This document shows, piece by piece, positions 41,755 to 55,211 of a stretch of 64,000 bases of DNA. Origin of the DNA: Proteromonas lacertae (lineage: Eukaryota); contig NGBS01000008.1 in assembly GCA_002245135.1 (NCBI GenBank), positions 124,001-188,000 on the forward strand, read 5' to 3'. The notes beneath the pieces are model-generated. The model saw only the letters and a program-made list of their open reading frames with translations, was not told the DNA's origin and did no database searches. The position numbers were made by a program, and so were the translations under genes. The stretch's first letter is position 1. Each line of letters opens with the position of its first letter.

Positions 41755-44700
41755 CGTTTAAAGAAATCGGGTGTGCGAAAATAATGAAACACAATTTTAT
41801 TTTTTCGATTTATTCTTTCACCAAACAAATAATATGATTAATAAATAATTATAAATTAAATAAATAATTATAAACTTCTATTAAATATCAAACGGGTCAT
41901 GTTTTACTATACATTTAGAAATTAGCTTATTGAATCTTTCTCTTCTCTTCAAAGATCCAGTTTTCAATAAATCAAAATACTGATGTACAGCACATGGAAT
42001 ACTTCCATCAATATTAACAATTAAATTTGCTTCATTCAATATATCTTCATCAACAAAGTTATTGCTTATATCCAATCCAAAATTCCTTACCATTCCTCTC
42101 TCATTATGACTAAAATACACAGAATAGTTAAAATGTGGATGTAAATAATAAAATACATTCAAAACTCCTTGTTCTGTAGTTGTTTTTAATACACTATAAG
42201 ATATGTTTGATAAATATTCAGTATAATCATTTAAAAACAAAGACAATTCATAAAAAGATCCAAATATATTCCCAGAGTTTATATTTGTATTATTATAAAT
42301 TGAATAAGGAGGGGATAAAGCAGAAATCCATTCTTTGGCATATCTATTTTGATTTATATTTAATCTACTACTCTCTTCAAATAAAAATACACAAGTTTCT
42401 GGATAATTCCAATGAAAAGGATTGATTTGGAAAAATACATCTCTTACATCACTAAAATGAATATATGTGAATAATTTACCATAGTGATTTAAGAATGTAT
42501 TTAGAATAAAGAATCTTATGGTATGTGAGAAATAACCATATTCTTCATTTAGATGAGGTATTGAATTGATTAAATCATCATAGGGAATATAATACTTATC
42601 TTCGTTTATTGGATAATAAGGATATGTTCTTGTTATTCGTAGAAAATAGAAATTGGATGGGAATTTGTATTGCATTTCATCATAATTATCATAAAATAAA
42701 ATAACACTTCCATTATAACCTGTATTAAGTAAGCTTAATAGATAAACTGTTATATATGAAGCATTGTAACATATTGAAAATCCAATTACTGCAGTTTGTG
42801 AATCATCTCTATTTGGGATTACTTTGTAGTTGTGAAATTCATCTTCATAATTGAATGAATACTTACCTAGATACTGATGTCTATTGTAATTTGGGAAATT
42901 TTTATAATATTCATGGTAATATCTAGCACTATATTGTATTGCCAAGAAAAGTGACCAAACTATGAACAATATTAAACAAAATATGAAATTTTCAGTTCTA
43001 AAACATTTCCTTAACATTCTAAAACGAATTTTATTATCTACAACAGCAACAGAAGCCATTTATTCGGAATATAATAATCTCAAACTGTCAAGCTTTTTTT
43101 GACTGTTTTTTTGAAATTCAGAGCGTTGTAGGGTTTATTAAATTGATCTTTTATGTTTATTAATATATCATGATAATTATTACTATGATGATGGGAATAA
43201 AAAGTGTTAATAGAGAGTGGTTGAGAAATGAATGTCAAAACACAATTACAGTCATTATAGATGAAGATATGAAGTATAAAAATACTTGAGAAACAATTAA
43301 TTGTTTTTTGTGGGGGTATATGTACAACGCAGAAGTATTTTAGTGATTAACCAAACTCCATTGTATTTATAAAGAAAATATTCCTATAAAGAAGTATATG
43401 TAGTAAAATGTTAATAATATCATAAATATTGTATTTGTTTTAATAGTTTATTATAGATTCAGTGAAGTGAATCAAGATTTATGAATGAATCAAGTTATGT
43501 TGATTTTTATCATGTTGTTTTAACAGGTTTTTCTTTTTTAGCTACTTTTTTTAGATGTTTCATAACATCCAGCCATATAATATCTATTCACACTTTTTCT
43601 TAATGAAAAATTCTTGCAACTTCTTCAATAACAAACTTCTTCAATGAACCATCAATAGAAGTTTGCCTTTTTCTTTTCATTAGCATTATGATTTATAACA
43701 CGAATAAATAAATTGTGTTAAAAATGGATTTTAAACAATTTTTAAAGCTTGTTAGTTTGTGTTTATTTTAGTCAAACTTTTGACTTAAATTAATTACCCC
43801 ATTTCTTTAAACGATGAATATTCGTTTATTCCTGCTATTTATTGCATTTTGTATATCAATTATTATACTATATTTATATGAATAGTCATTTATGCTGATG
43901 CACATCGATTAAGATCAATCATGAATAGTCCAGAAGTAGTAGAATATGAAAGAAGATTGAAATCCAATGGTTTGAAAGATTTACCTGATCAATGGTTTAC
44001 TCAAAGACTAGATCACTTTGATTTGCAAGATAATCGAACGTACCAACAGTTGTACTATATAAATGATACATTTTGGAAAATTGGCAATCCTATTTTCTTA
44101 TTTATTGGATGTGAAGGTCCTCAATCTTCTTATTGGGTGGTTGAATCAGCAATGATGGTATATGCTAAGAAATTCGGAGCTATGGGAATAACAATCGAGC
44201 ATAGATTTTATGGTAAGAGTCAACCATTTAGTGATACATCAGTAGAACATTTACGATATTTATCTGTAAGACAAGCTTTAGCTGATTTATCCACATTTCG
44301 TCAATTTATAACGAAGAAATATAACAGTCCAAACAGTAAATGGATAACATTTGGAGGTAGTTATGGTGGTACATTAAGTGCTTGGGCTCGATTGAAATAT
44401 CCTCATTATTTTGCAGGTGCAATTGCAGATAGTGGTCCAGTTTATGCGAAGATGGATATGTTTGAATTTAATGAAGTAGCTAGTAAAGCCGTATTAACAG
44501 CTGAAAATGGAAAAGAATGTTATGATAATATAAAGAATGGATTTGAATTATTAGAGAGAATGGTTCAAAGTGAAGAAGGAAAGAATGAATTAAAGAATGA
44601 TTTTAATTTATGTGAAAATATAGTGAGTAAAAAAGATGAACATTTATTTATAAGTAATGTATATGATAGTTATTGGGAAGTAATTCAATATGATAAACCA

Positions 44701-45136
44701 TCTAATCCAACAACAATCAATTCATTGTGTAAAATATTCCATGGAAATGAAAGTGAAGTATATAAAATGATGTTAAATGCTCATAAACATTTCCATGGTG
44801 AAAAGTGTATGAATGTAAACTATGAAAAATACATATCAATTCGTCGAGATATAAAATATAGTGATGATCGAAGTTGGTGGTATCAGACATGTAGTGAATT
44901 TGGATGGTATCAAACAACAGGATCAAAAAATCAAATATTTGGAAATTACTTACCTGTTGAATACTTCGCTGAACAATGTAAAGATACTTATGGAATTGAA
45001 GTTACTCAAGAGTTGATGGATGAAACAAATGCTCATTTTGGAGGATTTGATCAAAGAGGAAGTAATATATTCTGGCTAAACGGAGGTATAGATCCCTGGA
45101 GTGCAATGAGTATTATAGAATCAGATAATCAAGATT
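40430..45136. repeat. Near-identical inverted duplication of about 1.3 kb (arms about 40430-41767 and 43801-45136)
   Basis: The S28 copies A and B are reverse complements, including the first intron and the bases just upstream of the ATG. Confidence 0.9.
41881..43059 (-). CDS. Type II membrane GT-A-like glycosyltransferase
   Basis: N-terminal TM, SDVRDVFFQ.NPF (DxD), INSG, EQGVLN and VHQY; intronless. Confidence 0.7.
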   Translation of the reverse strand: MASVAVVDNKIRFRMLRKCFRTENFIFCLILFIVWSLFLAIQYSARYYHEYYKNFPNYNRHQYLGKYSFNYEDEFHNYKVIPNRDDSQTAVIGFSICYNASYITVYLLSLLNTGYNGSVILFYDNYDEMQYKFPSNFYFLRITRTYPYYPINEDKYYIPYDDLINSIPHLNEEYGYFSHTIRFFILNTFLNHYGKLFTYIHFSDVRDVFFQINPFHWNYPETCVFLFEESSRLNINQNRYAKEWISALSPPYSIYNNTNINSGNIFGSFYELSLFLNDYTEYLSNISYSVLKTTTEQGVLNVFYYLHPHFNYSVYFSHNERGMVRNFGLDISNNFVDEDILNEANLIVNIDGSIPCAVHQYFDLLKTGSLKRRERFNKLISKCIVKHDPFDI

Positions 45137-45293
45137 TAATTTATGTTCCTGTATATTTATTTATTATTTTAATTTATAGAGTGCTTCTCATTGTGCTCCA
45201 ATTTATAGTCCAAGTCGTGAAGATAGTGAAGCGATAAATATGGCAAGATATGAATCTGAGCAACATATTGCTAAATATATTTCATCTAATTAA
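43814..45293 (+). CDS. Serine peptidase S28, copy B
   Basis: Same motifs as copy A. Confidence 0.92.
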
Positions 45294-45380
45294 ACCATTA
45301 TATAACCCTGGAAAATGTTTTTTATTTTTTGGAGCGACTTTTTTCATTCAAAATTCTCGAACCATCTGTGTCTTTCTAAA

Positions 45381-46961
45381 ATGAAGATCATTCTTTTTAT
45401 TGCACTTCTAGCCTGTGGTATAATTATATTTTTTATTGAATCTAATATAGCTGTTGCTTACAGACCAAAGCACCACATATCTGTCATGGAGAGCAAGTTT
45501 CATTCAAGATTATGAGAGAGATCTCAAGTTAGGAAAGGTCAAAGCAGTGCCAGAAGAATGGTTTACTCAAAGAATTGACCATTTTAACTTACAAGACAAT
45601 AGAACATACCAACAATTATATTTCGTAAATGATGAATATTGGAAAGTTGGTGGACCGATATTCTTATTCATTGGTGCAGAAGGTCCAGCAAGCTCAGGTT
45701 GGGTAATGAGTTCAGCCATGCATACCTATGCAAAGAAATTTGGAGCAATGTGTGTAATGTTAGAACACAGATTCTACGGTAAGAGTCAACCCTTCCCAGA
45801 ATCAACCACTGAGAACTTAAGATACTTATCGTCAAGACAGTCACTTGCAGATATGTCAACATTCAGAAACTACATCAATAAAAAGTACAATTCACCAAAC
45901 AGTAAATGGATTACCTTTGGTGGTAGTTATGGTGGTTCATTAAGTGGTTGGGCAAGATTAAAATATCCACATGCATTTGCTGGAGCTATTGCTGATAGTG
46001 GTCCAGTCTTTGCCAAATTAGACTTCTCTGAATATAATGAAGTAGCTACTCAAGCAATATTATCTTCAGAAAATGGCGAAGAATGTGCCAATTATGTTAA
46101 AAAAGGATATGAAGCAATAATAGCCTTAGTAAAAACACCAGAAGGTCAAGCCAAACTTAAATCAGATTTCAATTTCTGTGAAGATGTGAAGAGTGAAAAG
46201 GATCAACATAAATTTATTGAAGATATCACTGATATGTTTATGGGAGTTATTCAATACAGCAGTCCAAACCATCCAACCAGTATTGAAAGTAAAATATGTA
46301 ATTATTTCAATAGTAAATTCACTTCAGATCCATATATGATGTATATATATATATATATATAATTAAGATATAATTATTTTTTTAGGATGTTAAATTTTTC
46401 AAAATCCAATACTGGTAGTGAATGTTTATCAATCAGTTATGATGCATTTATTAATGAAATGAGAAATACATCACCTTCTTCTAGTAGATCATGGGTATGG
46501 CAAACATGTAGTGAGTTTGGTTGGTATCAAGCCTCTACATCAAAGAATCAAGTATTTGGTGATTATTTACCTGTTGAATATTCAATACAGGAAGTATTTT
46601 TTATATTATTATTATTATTATTTTAGTGTGTGGATATATATGGTAAAGAAGCTACTCAAGAGTTGATGGATGAAACAAATGCTCATTATGGAGGGTTTGA
46701 TCAAAGGGGAAGTAATGTATTTTGGACTAATGGAGGTGTTGATCCTTGGCATGCTATGAGTATCATAGAATCTGATAATCAAGATGTTGTTTATATTCCT
46801 GTATATCTATATATCTATTATTGTTGTTATATTTAATAATTTAGAGTGCATCTCACTGTGCACCATTATACACTGAGAGTGAGTCAGATCCTGAAAGTAT
46901 TAAAATGGCACGTTATTTAACTGAACAACATATAGCTAAATACTTAGCTGGTAATAATTAA
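45381..46961 (+). CDS. Serine peptidase S28, copy C (more divergent)
   Basis: QRIDHF, EHRFYGKS, GGSYGG and NGGVDPW; four introns. Confidence 0.92.
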
Positions 46962-47482
46962 TTAGAATTAAACAATTTAAGTATTGGTTCATTTTAAAAA
47001 TGAATGTGTATGTTGACTATTATAAAATATAATCCAATTTAATGAACAATAATCATGATTGCAAAACATTTTATTATATGAAACGAATCTATTTTTAGAA
47101 CAAAAATTTTCATTTCCTTTACTAAACGAATATCCATAATATATGAATGTATTTATAATACATACAATTTATCAGACACATTTTTAATACACATTTATTA
47201 TAGAATTATAAAATTCACAAATAAACAGGATGTTGAGCTATAATGTTGTTACTCTTGTATATAAATCTATGTTATATATTCATTTAGATTGATTAAAAAA
47301 TATGTATTATTACAAATTATAATAGATATAGAGCTATAGATAAGAGAAAGTATAAATAGTATTCAGAACAGCCAATGGTATAGGTGAGAACATTATATCT
47401 CCAAATTCAAATTATTTGCTTTGAGAACATTTTAAAATAGCAGTTTTCAATCCTCCTTTTTTTAAGACTATAGTAAAGATCT

Positions 47483-48354
47483 ATGCAGTATTTTTCTAGT
47501 CAGTAATGCTTATTAGAACCCAAAGGGTATATGTAACAAACTGGGAAGACTATGAAACAGCTGAAGACTTAAATATCCTAATGAATTTCAGGGTATTTAG
47601 TTGCCCAATGCAAAATCAGTTTGGAATATGTATCATCCAACAAATGACGCAGAATGGCTATGAAAGAGCACACGTATAGGTTGAAAATTTTAAAAATGTA
47701 GCATGATTGTTTTTATTCCCATTGCTTAGAAGATAAAAGAAGAATACCTATTATTGAAAGCAATGTAGAAGCATACAGTCCATCAATGTGCAATTACTAT
47801 AACAGAAAGAATGGTAAATGTAAGTTTGGTGAGAAATGCAAATATTGCCACACGTATATTTTATTTTTTATTTTTCTGATTAGTGCATTAGAACTGTTAT
47901 TTCACCCAGAAATTTACAAAACAAAAATGTGCCAGTATGTTATAGAAAATCAAAATTGTCCTTCTGGAAAATATTGCTGCTACGCTCACTCAAAAAACAT
48001 ATCATTTTAAATCATATGGAGAAGTTGATTAGATTGTTTTCTTAATTTTTCAGGAATTAAGGAGTCGACCTCCTGTGTACAATATATCAATTGAAAGTAT
48101 ATATCCTCGTCCTGCTTATGCAGATATTATACCCAACCAATTTACACAGTATAAAATTTTAATAATTGTTTCTGGTAATATACTAACGTAGGATTAATCA
48201 TGATATGATATATACTGACGGATATGATATAGAAGTCCCGGACATTCTTACTGATTCAACTAATTATCAAAATGAACTTTATCAACAAAGATTCGAGAAT
48301 AGAATCCAAAGTTTGTTGAATAGCTTCTCAGATTTTGGGCCCATAACTCATTAA
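47483..48354 (+). CDS. Tandem CCCH zinc-finger protein (unkempt/TZF-like)
   Basis: CFYSH...KRR.P, C..GEKCKYCH..LELLFHPEIYKTKMC and CCYAHSKN-ELR. The start codon is tentative. Confidence 0.75.
47999..48053 (+). other. U12-type intron, AT-AG
   Basis: 5' ATATCATTTT, branch TTTTCTTAAT, 3' CAG. Removal restores the AHSxxELR motif. Confidence 0.7.
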
Positions 48355-48509
48355 GAACAATGGATGTAAATATAGGATTTATATGAAACAATAATATTTA
48401 TATAGTCCATAACTGCTAATCAGATTTATTTTATGAAACATTTTGCTATATTTTGTTACAATTATGTGTAATTAGATGAATAAAACAAAAACAATTGATC
48501 AAAACAAAA

Positions 48510-49453
48510 TATTTTAGATTGCTTTATATGTGGCTGTAATTTTGCCACATTTCATTTTGAATATATTTAAAACCATTTATGAGGATAATTTTGTTTAAAT
48601 GTTTCAAAATATTACGAGTACACTACTTAGTTACCAAATCATCTAAATCCTCAACCCAATCACTTTCTACTATGTTTCTTGAATTGCATGTTTTATCATA
48701 AACATCTTCTGCAGGTTGTAAATATTTCATTCTTTTTCGATACTTAGGTAAAGGAACAACATTATCAGCTTCTCTAATTTTTTTTCGCTGTTTATAGCTT
48801 GTGCTTTTTTTGACCTTTTATCACATATCACTGCAATGTTACAGTTCTTGAAAAATAAATCACTTTGTATCACACAATCCATTGCTCCATATGCTTTTAC
48901 AATACTAAAACTATAATGATGATATGATAATATACCCAAAGCGGTTTAATGACTTTTTGTAGCTCTCCCACTTTTTGTTATAATCATTTTGAAGATGCAA
49001 ACAAAATTCTGCAAGACTATTTATCTCTACTCGTTTGTGCTAAAATAATATATCAATAAAATTACTCTTTCATTCCACCTAACATAATTACTGTCCTTAT
49101 GGGGTTTGTTAAACACCATATCATATAATATATCTGGAGCTCGTAAAAATCTATTTGAAGCTTTCGCTGTATTCAAAACAGGCATATATTTTTTTTGAGG
49201 TATAAAAATATGCTGTATCCAATCAAACTTCAAAAACTCGAATATTATTTGTCATTCATTTTATCTTTAATAGACATTTACTCTGTGAAATAAACTTTCT
49301 CATCTGTAAACATATATTTTGTTTCCATTCATTTTTATTGCACTTTTTATACCATTTGCTTGTGTCTCTTCTATTTTCATTTTGTATCAACCTCATCGGA
49401 TTTTTTTCGAAATTATTATGATTTGAGTATATGCAGCTACAAATTTGAATCAA
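48510..49453 (-). pseudogene. Probable degraded gene fragment
   Basis: A chain of short protein-like ORFs (49256-49453, 49027-49233, 48727-48939) with frame breaks and an in-frame TAG. Confidence 0.4.
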
Positions 49454-51077
49454 ATATACAATATATAATATAATAGAAATACTTACACTAGCATGTTATC
49501 ACAGCGTGTTCATGATCATTGTTAAATCAATATGAACTGCACTTCAATATTAATATTAACAGTTATGCATGTACTATCATAAAGTATTAAAGAGGTTCTA
49601 TTATTACAACAGATTAAATTTCTTCATAATGTGTTTAAATTTCATCATTATTATTATCTAATTAATTATTATTATTTAATTGCATGCATTCACACACATA
49701 TTTATTTCTGTTAGTATCCTATAACAATCTGTTACTATTAACGCACAAGCGCTTTTACATACACAATTAAATGGCTTTAAATAAGCTACACTCGATGGAG
49801 CATTACGCTGCAGGTGTGATATTTATCTTTAATAGGGAACATATTGTATTCTGTTCATAGCAAATGGTATCACTTTACATTCTATTAATTAGAATCATTT
49901 TACCTTGTCTCAATACAAAATATTATCAAAATAAAGATATTATTACTACATTATATTTGTTACTATTCAACTGGATCTTTAGATGCACTATATATTACTG
50001 ACATTCTCTGGGTCATTATTATTTCAAAGAACTAAACACTTAATATATTTCTTTTTATTATTGTAAATTCCCATATTTAGGCTCATATTTATACAGTGAT
50101 TACTGCTCCATTATATAGATTTTATTAAGCTTTTATTAACATAATATTTAGCATACTTAGTTGTTCAATATAGATGAATGATAATCAAAAATTATAGCTG
50201 TTTCAGATTTTTATATGATGTATTTGATGTTATTCGCTATATAGTGGATGGATAGTGAGTGTAAAACTGATATATGTGGCATTGTAGTCATTCTCTTATA
50301 TTGACTGATAATAAAGTTGATATAATGAAACATGAATTAAGAAAATGATTAATACAACACATTGAAGCCTGTACTATCTGATAAATGACAATCTAAATTA
50401 TCAAAAAATTATGAATATGATGTATATAGCATTTTTAACATTCATTATCTTCACTAAATAACTTATTAAACTACAACAACTCAAAATCTATTTTTTGTGA
50501 TGAAAACATAATATGTCAAGTGTATCGGTATATATAAGTGAATCTAAGATAGTGTTTTAGCTAAGATAGTGTTTTTCATTATTTAAAGTCATAATTCTAC
50601 TTCAATTATTGTATCATGATATTGAAACTTCAAAAAAACATATTAAAATGTAAAAAAAGAGAAAACAATAGGTTACATTTGCTCATTACTTTACTTTTAA
50701 TTCAATTGCATTCATTTCTGACATATTATGCTAAAATGTTCATTTCATCAATCTGATCTGATGTTCAATTCCATTGTATGAAGCTAATGTCCAATATATT
50801 TAGCCAGTCTTGATGCCATGCTGTCTCTACTACACATTACGCTTACTATCATATTTTTATGAGCGCTATGATTATTATTAATGACTGACTAATCTAATTA
50901 AATAAATAACTAAATACTTAATACAATTCCTTATTACAACCACCAACAATTTTATGTAAAATATTGTATATAATCGTAATTATACATTTTAATGTTAGAC
51001 CAATACAACACATATTTCAAAAATTAAAATTTTTTATAAAATTTATCCGTTTTTTTTTAATTTAAATTTCATATTTT

Positions 51078-51701
51078 TTAGATGTTACAACTGCTTCCAA
51101 AATCATTACCACAATCCTTTTCCATGTCATTGCCATAATCATTGAATGAGTGATTGAAGTGTATTATGTTTTCATTGTCGCTTAAGTTCATTTCAGCTGT
51201 ACCTAAATCATTCAGTTGATAAATACTATCGTCAGTAGGCAATTGGTTATTGACGTTATACTGAAACTCTTCTTCTAGTGATCTAAATGGGTGATCATCA
51301 TACGTATCAGCTGAAAGAAATCGGTTAGTTATAGACTTGGGTGATTCTATTTTTTCTATAAGCTTTTTGGATCTTCTAAACTTAATTAATGTCGAAGGGT
51401 TGTGTTTTGTAAAGTTCTCATGTCTATAAACACCATCCTTCAATTCAAACTTGTAAAGTTTTAAATTTCGTGTAAAAGAGATGTAATGTTTTTCTCTAAA
51501 TGCTACGTTAAGTACTTCTGAGACTAGTCTGTGTTTATCTAACACTTTAAATCCCTTTCCCTATTGATTATGCATTATATAATAAGCATATACATCTTCA
51601 GTCCAACAAATTATTTCAGAGTATGTTCCGCTTTCAAGAACAGTGTAAAATAGATTGTAAATGAACTTAACAGGTTTGTCTAACTTTTTTGATGCTGGCA
51701 T
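51078..51701 (-). CDS. HSF-type DNA-binding-domain protein
   Basis: KFIYNLF...IICWTED-GKGFKV...SFTRNLKLYKF...YRHENF; one intron. Confidence 0.85.
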
Positions 51702-52955
51702 TTGCCTCAAATGAGCTTAAAAGCTAATGAAAATTAGCAACCAATAATATTTGAGTTTTTAATATCCTAACGACATTGTAATGACTATTTTTTAGTTTAT
51801 ACTAAGATATTGCAAAAGTCTAGTTGTAGTATGAAAAGAAAGGAATTAGAACTCATCCTCTGGCTCTCTATATAACCCAATTTAATGAACCAAAAAAACA
51901 AATAAATTTAAGTTACAGAATATGCCTATCATTATGATGATGCATAAACATAAGTATTTTATAAACGAAATTAATTTAATATTTTTTGTCCATATCTTTA
52001 CCTCTCTTAATCTTTATACCATTAGCAAAACTGAAAAGGGCGCATTAATTTAGGTTAATCTATATCATATTATAAACTTATGGAAAATTCTTTTTACACC
52101 TGTAATTTTAACATTTTTTTATTTTGAATTAAAATATAGTCTTTCATATGCTAACTGTATTTATCGCACAGCAGTAAGCAAAGTTTGATCTTTAATTTAC
52201 ATAAATAGTATCTGCAAATAAATACAAATATGGACTTTATATGCCGTGTAGAAATGGGTAAGAATCGATTATATTCATATAAAACATAATAGTAAAAATG
52301 TTATATCACATCTTTTAATTTAAGCAAATGCAACAACTCGTGTCAGTCTATAAGGCTATATCAGATATTAGTCTAGTATAAAATGATATGTGCAAAGTCA
52401 ATATGCATTGCATTAATTGATACATGACTTACTAAACAAGATATTAGATACGTTAAATAGAATAATCATTTCGCCTATCTTAAAGCAATTAAATATGCAT
52501 TTTGTAATATGCTGCAATATCAATATAATATTTTTGCCAATATACACGAATTGATGATAATATGTAGAAACAAAAGAAATTATTAACACTTGTTACCCAC
52601 AATAACAACATAACCTTATATAACTACATAATAGGGTGTTTTATATTTCTTTTTACTAATATATTGTAAAGTATAGTGGTTTATCACACTTATACTTTTA
52701 CTTTTCGATTTTATAGTCATTTTTAGTAGATATTTAATTTAAATATAGTTTCTTTTTTGTGATTTCAATATCTGCACACTAATGCATCATCTATATAACG
52801 AGATAATTAATTTGATTTCATTATTGAAACGGATATTTTTTATTAATTAACTAAAGTTAATTATATGGGTTGTATATATCAAAACAACTATATAATAATA
52901 CAGAAAATTAAATAGTATAAGAAAAAATTAGAATATGTTATATATTAATAATGCT

Positions 52956-54191
52956 TCATAAATTCTTCAATAATTTTCTCACTACATAATAATCTGTTGG
53001 TGTATTCATTATAATCCTCCTAGAATTATTCATTATATCAAACAAAAACTTTCTAAACACTTCTTTTCTTTCATCACTTCCATATTTAAATCCATATTCA
53101 TACTGATGTACAGCTAAAGGAATTGTATTATCTTCATTTCTAAACAACAACAAATCATTATCAGAAGGACCATATTCACTATCACTATATTGCAAATCTA
53201 TTCCTAAAATTCTTGCATAACCAGTTTCAGCTTGAAAGATATATAAAGGATATTTACGAGGTTTTTCACAATTCTCAATCAACCAATAATTCAATACTCC
53301 TTGATCACAAGTTTCATTATAAGCTCTAGTTGACATAAATTCAATATAATCATTATAAAACAATAATAAATCCCTTGAACTACCAAATATTTGACCAGAA
53401 TTAACAAATGTATGTGTTTCTAAATACGATTGAGGAGGATTAAAAACCATAATCCAATTATAATTAGCTAAGCTACAACTATGAGAATCGATATATTTAC
53501 AATGACGGGTTTCTTCTGTTAAATATATTCCTCTGTTATTATAATTCCACGAGAAAGGGTTATGTTGGAATGCAATATCTCTAACATCGCTGAAGAAAAT
53601 ATGTGAAAATTTATTCTTATATACTTTTAACCATACATTAAATAATATATGTCTAATAATGTGCCAGAAAAATGGAATGTTTGTTAAACGAGGAATAGAG
53701 TTTCTTATTACATCAGGTATTGGGTATAAAGGATGGTTGGCGGGATAATAAGGATATTCTTCGCTGAATATGATTGGTTGTATATCATAATCTGTTAAAT
53801 TATTCTGATACTTCTCATAACTTCCATCATGAACAAACATTATTATTGCACCTTTATATCCAACACCTCTTAGTGAATGAAAATATGGTCGTACTGTCCT
53901 CCATCTATTTTTTGCTATTAAACCCATCACAGCTACGTTCTTGTCTGATCTTTGAGTATATGGAACATATGAAAAATTCCGAAGGATGTAATATTCTTTA
54001 TCGTCTAATTCATCTCTTACTTCTGTTCTTAGCACTGAAATATGCTTATATTGATTATTCACTTCACTCATTACCTCTTTCAAAGTATCTGCACTATACA
54101 TCGACCAGTATATTAAACCTATCATTGCAAAGAGAAAGAATATCTGTATTATCATCTTTATCATTCTAATTACACAATTACTTAATGTCAT
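52956..54191 (-). CDS. Type II membrane GT-A-like glycosyltransferase, paralog of 41881-43059
   Basis: TM, SDVRDIAFQHNPF, VNSG, DQGVLN and VHQY; intronless. Confidence 0.7.
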   Translation of the reverse strand: MTLSNCVIRMIKMIIQIFFLFAMIGLIYWSMYSADTLKEVMSEVNNQYKHISVLRTEVRDELDDKEYYILRNFSYVPYTQRSDKNVAVMGLIAKNRWRTVRPYFHSLRGVGYKGAIIMFVHDGSYEKYQNNLTDYDIQPIIFSEEYPYYPANHPLYPIPDVIRNSIPRLTNIPFFWHIIRHILFNVWLKVYKNKFSHIFFSDVRDIAFQHNPFSWNYNNRGIYLTEETRHCKYIDSHSCSLANYNWIMVFNPPQSYLETHTFVNSGQIFGSSRDLLLFYNDYIEFMSTRAYNETCDQGVLNYWLIENCEKPRKYPLYIFQAETGYARILGIDLQYSDSEYGPSDNDLLLFRNEDNTIPLAVHQYEYGFKYGSDERKEVFRKFLFDIMNNSRRIIMNTPTDYYVVRKLLKNL

Positions 54192-54197
54192 GTCAAT

Positions 54198-55211
54198 TTA
54201 TGTCAATTCGTATTTTGTTATATAAATACACAATAAACATGAAAATAAATTAAATAGAAAATTAACTAACAAAATTATATACTAGACGCATGACCACTCA
54301 ATTCCGCAATCAAATGATCAACTATTAAAATGTAAAATCATATTATATATACTCATTTGAATTGTTTCAACAGCTACATCTAAATCCTCTTTATACAATT
54401 TACTATCAGTAGTATTAAAAGTCTTCACTAATAAACTACAAATAGAAAATCGATAAACAAAAAGTGTATTTTCACCATCAGATATAACAAATTTTGAAGT
54501 AGATTCCATAAACTTTCCAACTATTCAAAAGATACAATAAAATACAATAAAAATACGTATTTCTTCCGCTGGGTCTATCATAGCATGATAATTCGCCATT
54601 ATTGATATTTCATCACCATATAAATGAAAATCGTGATAATCACCTAAGATTATTTTACTATTTTGTTCTAGAAAGGCAGCTTCAATTCCATGGATTTGCT
54701 GTAGGTTTTTTAGTACAGGAATTATTGAGTTTTTGATTATATCTATTATACAATTTTCAAATGAAGAAAAATTGAAAACTGAAAAGTTTTCGAGGTGAAG
54801 TTGAGAAGAGTATTGACGACTAAATGATGTTAGAGTCTCTGAAGCTAAAATTCTGCCAAAATATTGACAGTATATATTGTCAAAAAAGCATATATATTAT
54901 TCATTTCAAAACAAAAAAGATATATCAACAGAATCAAGCATAACTGCACAAGATACATTATTAAGATCATCAAAAACGATAGAAACTGATGCTATACTTA
55001 TTAAAAGTAATAAAATACATGAGTTAAGCTCGATATATGAAAAAGACATACCAAATTTGCTTTTAGCCGATTCTCTCATTGTAGCTATCAGAGAACCTAA
55101 CATCCTTGTCTAGAAAATATAAAGATAAATTTGTACGTGTCCTTTAGCGATATATTCTTTAGTGAATAACACTATCCCTCCAGATGAAATGATTAGAATT
55201 GCTCTTATCAT
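54198..55211 (-). CDS. Longin/roadblock-like domain protein (3' end uncertain)
   Basis: MIRAILIISSGGIVLFTKEY...RMLGSLI...FSYIEL...FGRILASE; four GT-AG introns and one AT-AC intron. Confidence 0.6.
54870..54923 (-). other. U12-type intron, AT-AC
   Basis: 5' ATATCTTTT, branch TTTTTGAC, 3' ATAC. It contains an in-frame TGA, and phase-0 removal opens a long exon. Confidence 0.85.

Noticed and set aside
43440..43700. Possible transposase remnant on the minus strand between the inverted arms
   Set aside because: Only a short K-rich stretch with stops; no catalytic motif or terminal repeats.
50544..50576. Direct repeat CTAAGATAGTGTTTT, two copies
   Set aside because: An isolated micro-duplication, not an array.
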